Part shown: piece after piece, positions 50,301 through 58,590 of the stretch
Position numbering within the stretch: the first letter of the stretch is position 1
Layout of the letters: each line of letters begins with the position of its first letter
Assembly: GCA_965248175.1 (NCBI GenBank)
Contig: OZ252093.1
Location: 596,148 to 660,147 of the forward strand
From: Rhodothermales bacterium
GTDB taxonomy: Bacteria > Bacteroidota > Rhodothermia > Rhodothermales > VXPQ01
DNA: 64,000 bases
Direction of reading: 5' to 3'
The notes under the pieces: generated by a model
What the model saw: the letters and a program-made list of their open reading frames with translations, nothing else
What the model was told of the DNA's origin: nothing
The model's database searches: none
Made by a program: the position numbers and the translations under genes

Positions 50301-50417
50301 ATCGCGGCGCCGATGGTCGGGGGGATGATTTCGTCGACGATCCTGACGCTGGTTGTCATCCCGGTCATCTATTACCTATGGAAAAGCCAGGCGTTGAAGA
50401 GGTGGGCGAATCACTGA
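47301..50417 (+). CDS. cusA: Heavy-metal RND pump, CusA-type (Cu(I)/Ag(I))
   Basis: Close to E. coli CusA along its length as recalled (PVDAIPDLSDVQVII.T.YPGQAPQ.VE.QVTYPLTT.ML; FEDGTD.YWARSRVLEYLN). The contexts of the three-Met metal site are conserved (LLYMPT, APLSMIETT, RIDMLSTG). Confidence 0.92.
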   Translation: MLEKIIEASVNNRLLVIIFALLIALAGAYAMLRTPVDAIPDLSDVQVIIFTEYPGQAPQVVEDQVTYPLTTAMLGVPFAKAVRGYSFFGYSFVYIIFEDGTDMYWARSRVLEYLNYVASRLPGGVTPTLGPDATGVGWAFEYVIDGGDQYDLQQLRSIQDWFLRYELMSVSGVAEVASIGGYVKQYQVEVDPNKLLAYNIPLSKVRMALQRSNNDVGGRLVEMGETEFMVRGLGYIQSIEDIENTPVGVDENGTPILIRNIAHVHLGPELRRGLADLDGEGETVGGIVIMRYGENALKTIDAVKAKLEELKAGLPEGVTIQAVYDRSSLIERAIENLKGALLEESIIVALVTILFLLHFRSAFVAIFTLPMGILIAFLIMYFQGLNANIMSLSGIAIAIGAMVDAAIVMIENAHKHMERDAGKKDHWRIIIDASKEVGPALFYSLLIITLSFLPVFTLQAQEGRLFKPLAFTKTYAMAASALLAITVVPVLMGYFIRGKILPEKKNPLNRFLMYVYRPVIHAVLRFKWITIAAALVVLGVTAYPLGKLGSEFMPPLNEGDLLYMPTTDPGISITKAKELLQQTNKIIKSFPEVDHAFGKAGRAETATDPAPLSMIETTITLKPETEWREGMTMDKLVRELDAAIDFPGLTNAWTMPIKTRIDMLSTGIKTPVGVKLMGPDLNVLSDLGQRIAAVLQTVPGTLSAFPDKAVGGNFLDYRINREEAARYGLTVGDVQDVIMSAIGGMNVTHTVEGLERYPVNVRYSRELRDNLPALQRVLIPTPTEAHIPLSYVADFSIVNGPPVIKSENARTTSWLYVDIRDIDVGTYVKNARATVNEQVDLPEGYSMVWSGQYEYMERARQRLQIVIPLTLVIIFLLLYLNFKNITESLIVMLSLPFSLVGGVWLLYLFNYNLSVAVGVGFIALAGVAAETGVIMLIYLDQAYKDRRMRGQMTSLKDLYEAIISGAVERVRPKMMTVMAIMAGLLPILWGHGTGSQVMKRIAAPMVGGMISSTILTLVVIPVIYYLWKSQALKRWANH

Positions 50418-50440
50418 CCAGGGCGGCATGAACCAAATGC

Positions 50441-50472
50441 GACAGTACACGTAAGGGACTGTCCTGTTTTTT
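50441..50472 (+). terminator. Rho-independent-like terminator after cusA (GACAGT-N11-ACTGTC then CTGTTTTTT)
   Basis: Read directly, 24 nt after the cusA stop. Confidence 0.45.
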
Positions 50473-50494
50473 CGAACCATATTCTGTAAACCCC

Positions 50495-50836
50495 ATGGAA
50501 GCTTTTGTCGATTGGTTTATGGGGCTTGGGGAACGCTACAACGTCAATCCGATCATCTTCGGATCGATTTACGTGGGCGCCATTCCCTTCTTTACGGCCT
50601 CCATCGCCTGGCTCATTCGGAACCTGCGGCGTCGCCGGTCGATCGTGGCTCCCGTGTTGTCCGCCTCGTTTTTCTTCGTATCGGCCTACCTGTACCTGAT
50701 CGTCGTCGGACGCGACATCCCCGTCTGGGTGTACGTCTTCGTCGCCTCCATGGTCATCTTCGGGGTGTTCTCCACCCTGAAGAAAATCCGGGGGCAGTTG
50801 AAGGAAGGGGAGGGTGAGGAGGGTCGCACTAATTGA
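50495..50836 (+). CDS. 113-aa three-TM membrane protein trailing the cus operon
   Basis: Three hydrophobic helices and a charged tail KKIRGQLKEGEGEEGRTN. That it is coding is supported by an in-frame paralogous 3' remnant at 58157-58246. Confidence 0.6.
   Translation: MEAFVDWFMGLGERYNVNPIIFGSIYVGAIPFFTASIAWLIRNLRRRRSIVAPVLSASFFFVSAYLYLIVVGRDIPVWVYVFVASMVIFGVFSTLKKIRGQLKEGEGEEGRTN
50748..50813 (+). repeat. 66-bp direct repeat, copy A (inside the membrane-protein gene)
   Basis: CCATGGTCATCTTCGGGGTGTTCTCCACCCTGAAGAAAATCCGGGGGCAGTTGAAGGAAGGGGAGG is identical to 58157-58222. Confidence 0.9.
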
Positions 50837-50951
50837 TTTTTAGCGCTTTTAAGGGGCTTCATGCCTGGACAAAAACACACGACAAGAACCGCCACCGAAG
50901 TTCGGGAACGCACCATACGGATATCCTCCACTGGGGCGTAAGGCGGCCTCC

Positions 50952-53453
50952 CTACCGCCATATCTTGCGAGAAATCCTGAGCACGTAGAAGCGCTCGCCG
51001 GACACCCCCTTCTCGAAGGGTATTGTGAACAGATCCCATGTGTTGTCCCAAGAGGAGTATCCCTCCAGGTCGCGATCTTGCATTACGCCTAAACCAAGAA
51101 TCGATCCCGGCTTGTACTCCCATCGAACCCCGGCAAAAAGGTTTGCCTGACTGCCCCGTAGGATCCGTGACGCTACGCTCTCGCCTCCCTCGCGGGAGTA
51201 TCCGATCACATGCACGCCCATCCCAATCTCGACATCCAACGATCGCAGGAGCCCTGCGGCAAGGCGTATGCGTCCATACGCTTCCCTGAATTCCTCTTGT
51301 ATGCCTTCCCCGACACGGCCTGGTCCATACAGGAGGCTGTAGGGAACATAAGACGAAGCATGCCGCCGATAGGCGATCGTATAGTCCCAGGCAGGCCATA
51401 TACGCAGTATATCTGCCCCCGATGACCGTATTGACAAGAGTAAGTCCGTCGATCTATCCCTCACGGATTCATAGCGGTCCACGCCCACCTGAGCGCTTGC
51501 CGTAATCCGCGACCACATCCGACCGGTAACCTGCGCTGAAGTCCCCCAATTCCGCAGCCCCCCTTCCACCAGGTCCAGCCATATGTGCGGCCTTATTACC
51601 CAATTACTCCGCATATCGGAAGAAATTTCGAAATCCCCTCCAAAACGCCTCGCGCCCGATGGGCCGGAGCCACCGACAGCAGACAAGGACACCTCGTTAT
51701 ACCCTCGCGTCAACGAGGATGCATAGCCTTCAACTCTTGTCGCCTGCAAGCCCATGCCCGCATACGCGAACTCGTTCGTCCATTGCATGGAAATACGCCC
51801 TTGATGCACCAGGCGCCCCCCGGCCAACGTATGATGAACCCCCGCAGAAAGCAGCATGCGATCGGTCTGCCCCACCATTCCGCTCGGACCTGTACGAAAT
51901 CCCGGATCGATGGCCACAACCCGGCCATACCAGTTCCAACGCCGGCCCAGTTGCTCAAAATCCAGCCGAGCGGCGAAGCCCCGCAAGGATCTCAAAACAT
52001 CGTTGGATCGACGCGTGAGTCCGCGGTTTAGATCAACACCGTTACGAACCCTTCCGGAATCGGTTTTAACGAGCACATCCTGTTCCCGGGAGAGCAGAAC
52101 CTGGCCCGCCACGCGCCGGGTGTTATCGCCAAAGCGCAGATCCCAATCCACAGACGATACGCCTGTTGTCGTATGGATTTGGCGCTCCGTCCATGTGGTG
52201 TCCTTCCTTGTATAAACCGTATCTGTGGTTACAGGACCAAGCGCGCCCGTAAACCCTATCTTCGATAACCTCCCCGCATCCTGCAGCAAGCGTGCGGAGA
52301 AACCCTGATTTATCCACACGGATCCCTCCCCTTCGACCCTGAGCGCCGCCATGTCTGTAGCTGCAACTGTGAGTCCAAAGGGCGCGCGCCCATGCAAAGC
52401 CAACGCACCGATCATAAAACGAGTGTCCTCGGTAGTCTCCAGCATCCTGCCGGCAATATGAGGCGATCCGATCAAGTGACGGGCCGCCGTAAACAGTCTC
52501 GGATAGACAGAGTATCCCTCTTCGTAAAACCACAAGTTCCAGTCGGAATACTCATCAAAATTCTCCGGCGTAAAATCCGGCAGCAGCGCACCGTCCAGCA
52601 CCAGGCTGGGCCGCAAAGCCAATGCTCCCTCTATCCCCGGAACTGGAAAAGCAGGAATCCCATCCGATTCGTCCTCTATCCTGAACGTGTTCAAGTAAGG
52701 CGTAATCGAACGGTGAACCCCCGGGGATATTTCCGCCCCGAAGCGCAACCGCCCAAAGCGGGCTACGGAGCCGTGGCTGCGATCCCGGCTGCGCGCCAGA
52801 GACCATTCGCTCAGCTCCCCGCGGCGGGCAGCCCAGCGCCGAAAATTAATCCCCACCTCCCCCCGACCGGGATGGGCAATTTCCAGGGAAGAAAGCGGAA
52901 TCGCCAGTTCCACCGTCCACCCGCTGCTGTCTACGCGCGCGGTTCCCGACCATTCCACATCCCAGGACGGATCGAAACCAAACACCTCCGATGCAAAAAA
53001 AACCGGCCTGCCCGAACCGTCCGGCAGCATCGCGTCCACCCCCATCCCTTCCACGCGCACCCCCGCCGCATTGATCGCGAAGTTGAACGAGGTCTTGCGG
53101 TCGTTGTAGGTATCCAAAGACGCTACAAACCAATCGCCCGGAGTAAATTCGTCCCGGCGGCCGAGCGTGCGACGAATACGTTTCGGTTCCGGATCCGCCA
53201 GCTTCGCGCCGATAAACAGCGTACGCGCATCGTGCAGCAGGTATACCCGCGTATTCAGGGTTGCAGGAGCCCCTTCGTCCGGGGCGTACTGCAGAAAGTC
53301 GCCCGCAGGTGCTGCACGCTCCCAAGCCGGTTCGTCCAGTACGCCGTCCACGCGGATGCGCGTCTCGGTATGCGCCGCCTGCACGACACAGTCCGGTTCG
53401 CAATTAGGCGTCGCTTGCAAAAAAACCGCGACAAGCATCGATAAAGCAATCAT
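50952..53453 (-). CDS. DUF5916 / CBM9-like domain outer-membrane protein
   Basis: N-terminal I.VDG.LDEPAWERA....F.QY.PDEG.P......V.LL.D...L.IGA.L.D..P..I.....RRD......D.F...LDTY.D......F.INA.GV matches the family pattern as I recall it. Confidence 0.75.
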   Translation of the reverse strand: MIALSMLVAVFLQATPNCEPDCVVQAAHTETRIRVDGVLDEPAWERAAPAGDFLQYAPDEGAPATLNTRVYLLHDARTLFIGAKLADPEPKRIRRTLGRRDEFTPGDWFVASLDTYNDRKTSFNFAINAAGVRVEGMGVDAMLPDGSGRPVFFASEVFGFDPSWDVEWSGTARVDSSGWTVELAIPLSSLEIAHPGRGEVGINFRRWAARRGELSEWSLARSRDRSHGSVARFGRLRFGAEISPGVHRSITPYLNTFRIEDESDGIPAFPVPGIEGALALRPSLVLDGALLPDFTPENFDEYSDWNLWFYEEGYSVYPRLFTAARHLIGSPHIAGRMLETTEDTRFMIGALALHGRAPFGLTVAATDMAALRVEGEGSVWINQGFSARLLQDAGRLSKIGFTGALGPVTTDTVYTRKDTTWTERQIHTTTGVSSVDWDLRFGDNTRRVAGQVLLSREQDVLVKTDSGRVRNGVDLNRGLTRRSNDVLRSLRGFAARLDFEQLGRRWNWYGRVVAIDPGFRTGPSGMVGQTDRMLLSAGVHHTLAGGRLVHQGRISMQWTNEFAYAGMGLQATRVEGYASSLTRGYNEVSLSAVGGSGPSGARRFGGDFEISSDMRSNWVIRPHIWLDLVEGGLRNWGTSAQVTGRMWSRITASAQVGVDRYESVRDRSTDLLLSIRSSGADILRIWPAWDYTIAYRRHASSYVPYSLLYGPGRVGEGIQEEFREAYGRIRLAAGLLRSLDVEIGMGVHVIGYSREGGESVASRILRGSQANLFAGVRWEYKPGSILGLGVMQDRDLEGYSSWDNTWDLFTIPFEKGVSGERFYVLRISRKIWR

Positions 53454-53543
53454 CGGATAACACGAATGGGCGAATGTAATGGCGAATGGGCTGTTTCGCA
53501 GGGTGCGCGAGCACGCATCCTGCGCGCATGACCGAGGCAGCGC

Positions 53544-54575
53544 CTACCCGGTCTTCTCTGTCTCTTCCCTGCAAGGCCGCACATGCGAACGGCCTACGTT
53601 CAAGTCTTCCTCGCTCCAGGCATTCCCTTCGGCGTCCACGAAAAACGCGACTCCGGACCACCCGCCAAAGACCCCGAGGCCGTTTTCCACATTGGAGTAC
53701 AAGGCGACCGGTCGATCCGCAAAGAAGCCAGAATCCAGGTCGTATCGTTCGACCGATTCGCCGTGCCGCCACAACGCGTCGCTCCAGCTTCGCACAAGTA
53801 TGCGGAAGTGCGGCGTCAGGGCCGAGGGGTTCTCTATAGTAGCTTCGATCGCTATTTCCAGCGTCTCCCCTTCAAAAAGATCGTCCGAAAAGTACGCCTC
53901 GCCATAAAACGGCTCCGACGCCACAAAAGGCTCCGAGGCGTCCTCTACCTGGAAAATGTAGTCGCGCAGAGGAGGTGAATCGCTCGTGAATATCGCACCA
54001 TTGTACTCGGTATCCGAGCCTGGAACTTCGCCCAGGGTCAAATGCCCTTCGTCATTGTAGCAAAAAACCGGCCGCAACTGATCCACCCTAACGCTGTACC
54101 GATGCGGTCCCGGCGCGTCATGAAGGTTGAGCCGGATCACGTACACGCCATTCTCCTCATCCGTAGGCGCCGCCGCCTCTTCAAAATCGATCAGGGCCGC
54201 ATCCACCGATGGAATGATTGACGAAGCCCGTACGGACGCCAGGCCGGGCGCATCGACCGTTAGCGTATAACGAACCTCACTGACCGGACGGCTGCCGACC
54301 ATGGAACGGAAATCACCTTCGCCGGCATGGACGAGCTCCTCTCGAAAACCGTCTTCCCCCTCCACGACAACCACGGCTTCCGTGACCGGTTGATCCTCCC
54401 ACGACACATTGTCTGCATAAGGCACGCTTTGCTGCAGCCCTACCGACCAGACACTATCCGGGGTAAACCTCGAATCCACAACCAACCTGGGCTCGTAGCC
54501 TCCGGGTATTTCCAATTCTATGGGGGTCGTGCACCCTGCCATCCCCAACAACATCCATACGGTTAGCCGGCGCAT
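53544..54575 (-). CDS. DUF4249-family lipoprotein
   Basis: Lipobox LLGMAGC and EPRLVVDSRFTPDS. This is the usual partner downstream of CarboxypepD_reg-type TonB-dependent receptors in Bacteroidota. Confidence 0.7.
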   Translation of the reverse strand: MRRLTVWMLLGMAGCTTPIELEIPGGYEPRLVVDSRFTPDSVWSVGLQQSVPYADNVSWEDQPVTEAVVVVEGEDGFREELVHAGEGDFRSMVGSRPVSEVRYTLTVDAPGLASVRASSIIPSVDAALIDFEEAAAPTDEENGVYVIRLNLHDAPGPHRYSVRVDQLRPVFCYNDEGHLTLGEVPGSDTEYNGAIFTSDSPPLRDYIFQVEDASEPFVASEPFYGEAYFSDDLFEGETLEIAIEATIENPSALTPHFRILVRSWSDALWRHGESVERYDLDSGFFADRPVALYSNVENGLGVFGGWSGVAFFVDAEGNAWSEEDLNVGRSHVRPCREETEKTG

Positions 54576-54578
54576 AGG

Positions 54579-56966
54579 TCAGAATTTCCGTTGGTAGGAT
54601 ATAGCCGGGACGAGTTGCAAAACGCTCGTCTTCTTCCATTGGATCACCCCGTCAGGACCTGAAGAAGGAAATATCAACATCGGGTTCTTCCGATTGTATG
54701 CGTTGTATACCCCGAGCACAAAAGTGCGCATGCCCCAACGGACCTGTTTGGTAAAACGGGCGCTCAGGTCGAGGCGGTGATGCGCAGGCGCGCGGGACGC
54801 ATTCACCGGACCATAATCCAGAAACGTCGCATCCGAGACGGAATCCAGAGAATAAAAACTCCGGTACCTTCCGGTTGCAGTCCATACGGGATAGCCGCTC
54901 CCGTATACCCAGGATCCGGACAGGGAGGTGTGGTTCGTCAAACGGTATTGCAAAACCAGCGAAACGTCGTGGCGACGGTCGTAACCGTCCGGAAAAGGAT
55001 CGCCCCCATTTAATCCCGCAAACGTACGTCGCGTACGCGCCCAAGTGTAACTGAACCACCCGCTCAACCTGCGTCGCTGCCGTTCCGCAAAAAACTCGGC
55101 ACCGTAACTCCTGCCTGAACCATGCTCGATCAGGGACGGCCATCCCACTTGCAGCGCCTGATAAGGATACGCTCCTGTCTTATAGTCAATCTGGCTCGTC
55201 ATGACCTTATAGTACCCCTCTATGGACAACTCCAGCCCATACTCCGGCAAACTCCGCACAAGGCCTGCGGCAATCTGTGAACTGCGTTGTGGCCGGATTC
55301 CCTGCATGAAGGGAATCCACAAATCTTTCGGCAGCGAAGCGCCCGTACCTGTAAGCAAATGCATATACTGCTGCGTGTACGCATAGGACAACTTGCCGGC
55401 ATAGCCGCTCCCCAGCGGAATGTTGATCGCCAAACGCGGCTCGACCGAACGGGCGAACGAACCCTGACTATCCGACCCGGACAGCCGAAGCCCTGCATTC
55501 GTGCGCACCCCCAAAGGCCACTGCCATTCATCTTCGACATAGAGCGCTACGTCCCGGGATAAGATTCGATTCGACTGCACCCGCAATTGGTTCAAGCCCC
55601 CCCCATCCGAGACGGTCAGCACCTCGCGAGTGCTCCCCGGCGTAAAACGATGCGCCACATACTCCGCTCCAAACCGGAGATAATGCCGCAGACCGGCGGC
55701 ATACTCCATATCCAAACGGGTCGTGAAATCCAGCACCGACGAAGCCCACACCTGCCGATACGTATCGAATTCGCTTCCCTCGTCCCCGTCACGCAAACCA
55801 ACCTGCGAGCTCACGCGATACTGCGTAACACCCACAAGAACGTTTGCAAACCAGCGATCGCTAATCAGGCGATTCCAACGAAGCGAAGCAAGCCGGTTAC
55901 CCCAGGCAAGTTCAAAATCGAAATCATCGACGATCGGGCGCGGCCCCCTGTAGTGCTCACTGTACGTGAACGCATCCCGCCCCAAATACCCGCTCACATA
56001 CAGCCGGTCGCGATCCGAAATCAGGTAGTTGGCCTTGAAGTTCAGATCATGGAAATGTCCGCCATAACGCTTGCCCGAATCCCGGATACGCTGAATCCAC
56101 CACGTGACGAGATCCATAAACGTGCGGCGACCAGAGACAATGAACGAAGCGCGATCGCGTACAATCGGCCCTTCCACCAGGAACCGGGAGGTTAACAAAC
56201 CCAAAGCGCCCTCCCCTGCGAAACGTTTCAAATTCCCCTCCTTCATCGTAAAGTTCACGACCGAGGATAGCCGCCCTCCGTAACGGGCCGGGAAACCGCC
56301 CTTAATCAATTCCACCTGCTTCATCGCAGACGTGTTGAACACGCTGAAAAGGCCAAAAAGATGGGTGGGATTATACAAAGGCAACCCGTCCAGCAGGATA
56401 AGATTCTGTCCTGCGCGTCCCCCGCGTACGTACAGACCGCTAAAGCCTTCCCGCCCGGCTTGCACGCCCGGCAGCAATTGCAGCGTCTTGAGCAGGTCCG
56501 GCTCGCCAAGAAGAACGGGAAGGGTTTCCACTTCCTCGATCGCCAGGCGGTGTCGGCTCATCTGCACCTCGCTGGCCGCCGGCGCTTCTTCCGCAGTGAC
56601 CACAACCTCTTCCATCCGGAGTACGCGCGGCGCAAGTCGGATAACAAGCGACGTATCCGCGGCAATCGGGAAATTCAGGCGCTGCGGCAGGTAGGAAACA
56701 TGCGTTACGGACGCCCGCAATGGGCCGGGGGCCACCGCAAGGCTGTAGAAGCCGAATGCGTTGGACGTGGCGCCAACCTTCTCCTGCACCAGATAGACAT
56801 GCGCTCCGGGGATCCGCTCGCCGCTCGAAGCATCCTCAACGTACCCGCTGACAATGACGCTTTGGGCCGAAGCACTAAGGTCGCAAGCAAGCAGCGCGGC
56901 AACAAGACCGAATAGAGCGACCAACGTACGGCCGTAGCGGATTACGAGTATCATCAAAAGCAACAC
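54579..56966 (-). CDS. TonB-dependent receptor with an N-terminal carboxypeptidase-regulatory-like domain
   Basis: VSGYVEDASSGERIPGAHVYL....GATSN..GFYSL (CarboxypepD_reg), a plug region (LPGVQ...G....L.VRGG...QN..LLDG.P.YN) and a C-terminal aromatic residue (QRKF). Confidence 0.9.
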   Translation of the reverse strand: MLLLMILVIRYGRTLVALFGLVAALLACDLSASAQSVIVSGYVEDASSGERIPGAHVYLVQEKVGATSNAFGFYSLAVAPGPLRASVTHVSYLPQRLNFPIAADTSLVIRLAPRVLRMEEVVVTAEEAPAASEVQMSRHRLAIEEVETLPVLLGEPDLLKTLQLLPGVQAGREGFSGLYVRGGRAGQNLILLDGLPLYNPTHLFGLFSVFNTSAMKQVELIKGGFPARYGGRLSSVVNFTMKEGNLKRFAGEGALGLLTSRFLVEGPIVRDRASFIVSGRRTFMDLVTWWIQRIRDSGKRYGGHFHDLNFKANYLISDRDRLYVSGYLGRDAFTYSEHYRGPRPIVDDFDFELAWGNRLASLRWNRLISDRWFANVLVGVTQYRVSSQVGLRDGDEGSEFDTYRQVWASSVLDFTTRLDMEYAAGLRHYLRFGAEYVAHRFTPGSTREVLTVSDGGGLNQLRVQSNRILSRDVALYVEDEWQWPLGVRTNAGLRLSGSDSQGSFARSVEPRLAINIPLGSGYAGKLSYAYTQQYMHLLTGTGASLPKDLWIPFMQGIRPQRSSQIAAGLVRSLPEYGLELSIEGYYKVMTSQIDYKTGAYPYQALQVGWPSLIEHGSGRSYGAEFFAERQRRRLSGWFSYTWARTRRTFAGLNGGDPFPDGYDRRHDVSLVLQYRLTNHTSLSGSWVYGSGYPVWTATGRYRSFYSLDSVSDATFLDYGPVNASRAPAHHRLDLSARFTKQVRWGMRTFVLGVYNAYNRKNPMLIFPSSGPDGVIQWKKTSVLQLVPAISYQRKF

Positions 56967-57149
56967 GAAACACCCTGATAATAGGGGTCTTACGCGCGAA
57001 AGTGAATTTCGTTACTGTTCCGGATCATGACCGCGCCTCCGGACCGCAAGGGCCCTCAGGTTCAGGTCTCACTGGCTTAATCATCTCCGACGGGCCCGGC
57101 AAGAAACTACCGGGCGGAGCGCCGAATCGCATGCTGTGAATTTCAGCAA

Positions 57150-57181
57150 GGGGGACAGCGTAAGCACGTACGCTGTCCCCC
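57150..57181 (-). terminator. Strong hairpin (13-bp perfect stem GGGGGACAGCGTA / TACGCTGTCCCCC, 6-nt loop) 20 nt past the low-GC ORF stop
   Basis: Read directly. On the minus strand it is followed by TTGCTGAAATT. Confidence 0.55.
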
Positions 57182-57201
57182 TTCATCATCGTCCTCAGTC
57201 T

Positions 57202-58156
57202 TTAATTCTTAAATAAAGATGAAGTACAGAATTGAAATTCGCCATTGAAGGTCCCTGTAAAATAACCGGCGAGATCAACCTCAGTCCAATCTGAGTTCCC
57301 ATGAGTTGCACGGATTTCACGTGCCTCAGATTTTGAGCGATAATAATTAATGTTACTCCTACGAGTAACGGTATTAGTATAAGTATCTTCTCCATAGGTA
57401 TAGGTTTCTTCCTCCGTGTATTCCACGTGCCCTGTAATTTGCATAGTAATTCTGGACATTCTTGTTTGTTTCCAACGCCGGAACCTTCTTCTCTGAGCCT
57501 CGATTTCCGAACCCACCGACGTATGGATGAACCACCAAGTCGCCCACATTTCACCTTTTATGCGGCGTCTTTTATTGTTGGTAAATGTGGACTTGCAATC
57601 CCCATTGCCCATCGCACCCTGCCTTTTCCCAATCGCACCGGATAAAATGTCCGTTTTATGCCGGATAACGGGATGTACCTCTACCGAGCTATTTCCCTTG
57701 AAAGACAAAGCACTACCTTTCAGGGGTATTGCATCCAGCACATCATCCGCACCGTATGCCGTGGCATACACGTAGTCATAGGTAACCTTAGTATACGGTA
57801 TCCGCGATTTGAATCTGACCGTCATGATTAAGAACACGGGCAAAAAGCGGATCTTCTACAATCCGCTCTATTTCAGGGAGATTGCTTATATCCTGATCGC
57901 TTTCGGATTCCATCTCACTGCTTTCGGCCTCCTGCGCCCAAAGATCCTGCGTCGTTTCAAGGGATACGAACTCCGGATCCAAGCCAACAATCTCCAGGTC
58001 CTCATGGCTTGGTTCCTCTATAAGCACATCCATGAATGTATCAAACTCCTCCTGACTAGAAAAAACCAGCCTGCCGTCCACGAAGGTGATCGCTTTCCTG
58101 GCCTCGCTCGCCGTCTCGTAGGCGCGCCGGTAGACTTCTTCCTGCTTGAGGCTGCG
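57202..58156 (-). pseudogene. Low-GC ORF of unknown family, 5'-truncated and frameshifted
   Basis: Two track ORFs (57788-58081 and 57202-57843) overlap in adjacent frames (...NHDGQIQIADTVY-stop, then ...YTKVTYDYVYATAYG...). The upstream frame stays open without a start until a TGA inside the 66-bp repeat copy B. It is visibly AT-richer than its neighbours. Confidence 0.55.
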
Positions 58157-58222
58157 CCATGGTCATCTTCGGGGTGTTCTCCACCCTGAAGAAAATCCGG
58201 GGGCAGTTGAAGGAAGGGGAGG
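58157..58222 (+). repeat. 66-bp direct repeat, copy B (3' remnant of a paralogous membrane-protein gene)
   Basis: Identical to 50748-50813. It continues in frame as ...EESDGRQ-stop, versus ...GEGEEGRTN-stop in copy A. Confidence 0.9.
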
Positions 58223-58331
58223 AAAGCGATGGTCGGCAATAATCACCTATCGCGACAAGGCAATCCGCATAATCTCGGTACGGCGATCACAACAAAGTAA
58301 GGAAGCGCTGTATGCAGACCACCGAATTTGA
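58223..58331 (+). pseudogene. brnT: brnT (DUF497 toxin) C-terminal fragment
   Basis: RWSAIITYRDKAIRIISVRRSQQSKEALY matches the conserved BrnT end (..T.R...IRIISAR.A...E...Y). About 55 N-terminal codons are missing. Its stop overlaps brnA by 20 nt, as in intact modules. Confidence 0.65.
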
Positions 58332-58536
58332 CGCGGCTTTCGATAAGGGCGAGGACATAACGGGCGTGCTGGATATATCCAAAGCACGGCGACCCAAGTA
58401 TCGGCAAAGGCGGATTAACGTCGATTGTCCTGTATGGATGGTTGAACGACTCGACGGAGAAGCTGGCCGTCTGGGGGTCACGCGGAAATCACTTATCAAG
58501 ATTTGGCTCGCCGAACGGCTGGAACAATCGGCTTGA
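58312..58536 (+). CDS. brnA: BrnA (CopG/RHH-type) antitoxin
   Basis: 74 aa: FD....DI....D.S.A.R.......I.V..P.WMV..LD.EA.RLGV.R..LIK.W. pattern. Confidence 0.85.
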   Translation: MQTTEFDAAFDKGEDITGVLDISKARRPKYRQRRINVDCPVWMVERLDGEAGRLGVTRKSLIKIWLAERLEQSA

Positions 58537-58590
58537 CCGGATTACCGCTCCCTTGCACATCCCTATACTTGCTTACGGCCTGCCCATCCC

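Noticed and set aside
52392-53444. 350-aa plus-strand ORF
   Set aside because: It is antisense to the DUF5916/CBM9-like gene.
58146-58331. 61-aa track ORF MRLRHGHLRGVLHPEENPGAVEGRGGKRWSAIITYRDKAIRIISVRR...
   Set aside because: It is a chimera. The first half is an out-of-frame reading of 66-bp repeat copy B, and only the second half is genuine brnT sequence. It is treated as a pseudogene fragment.
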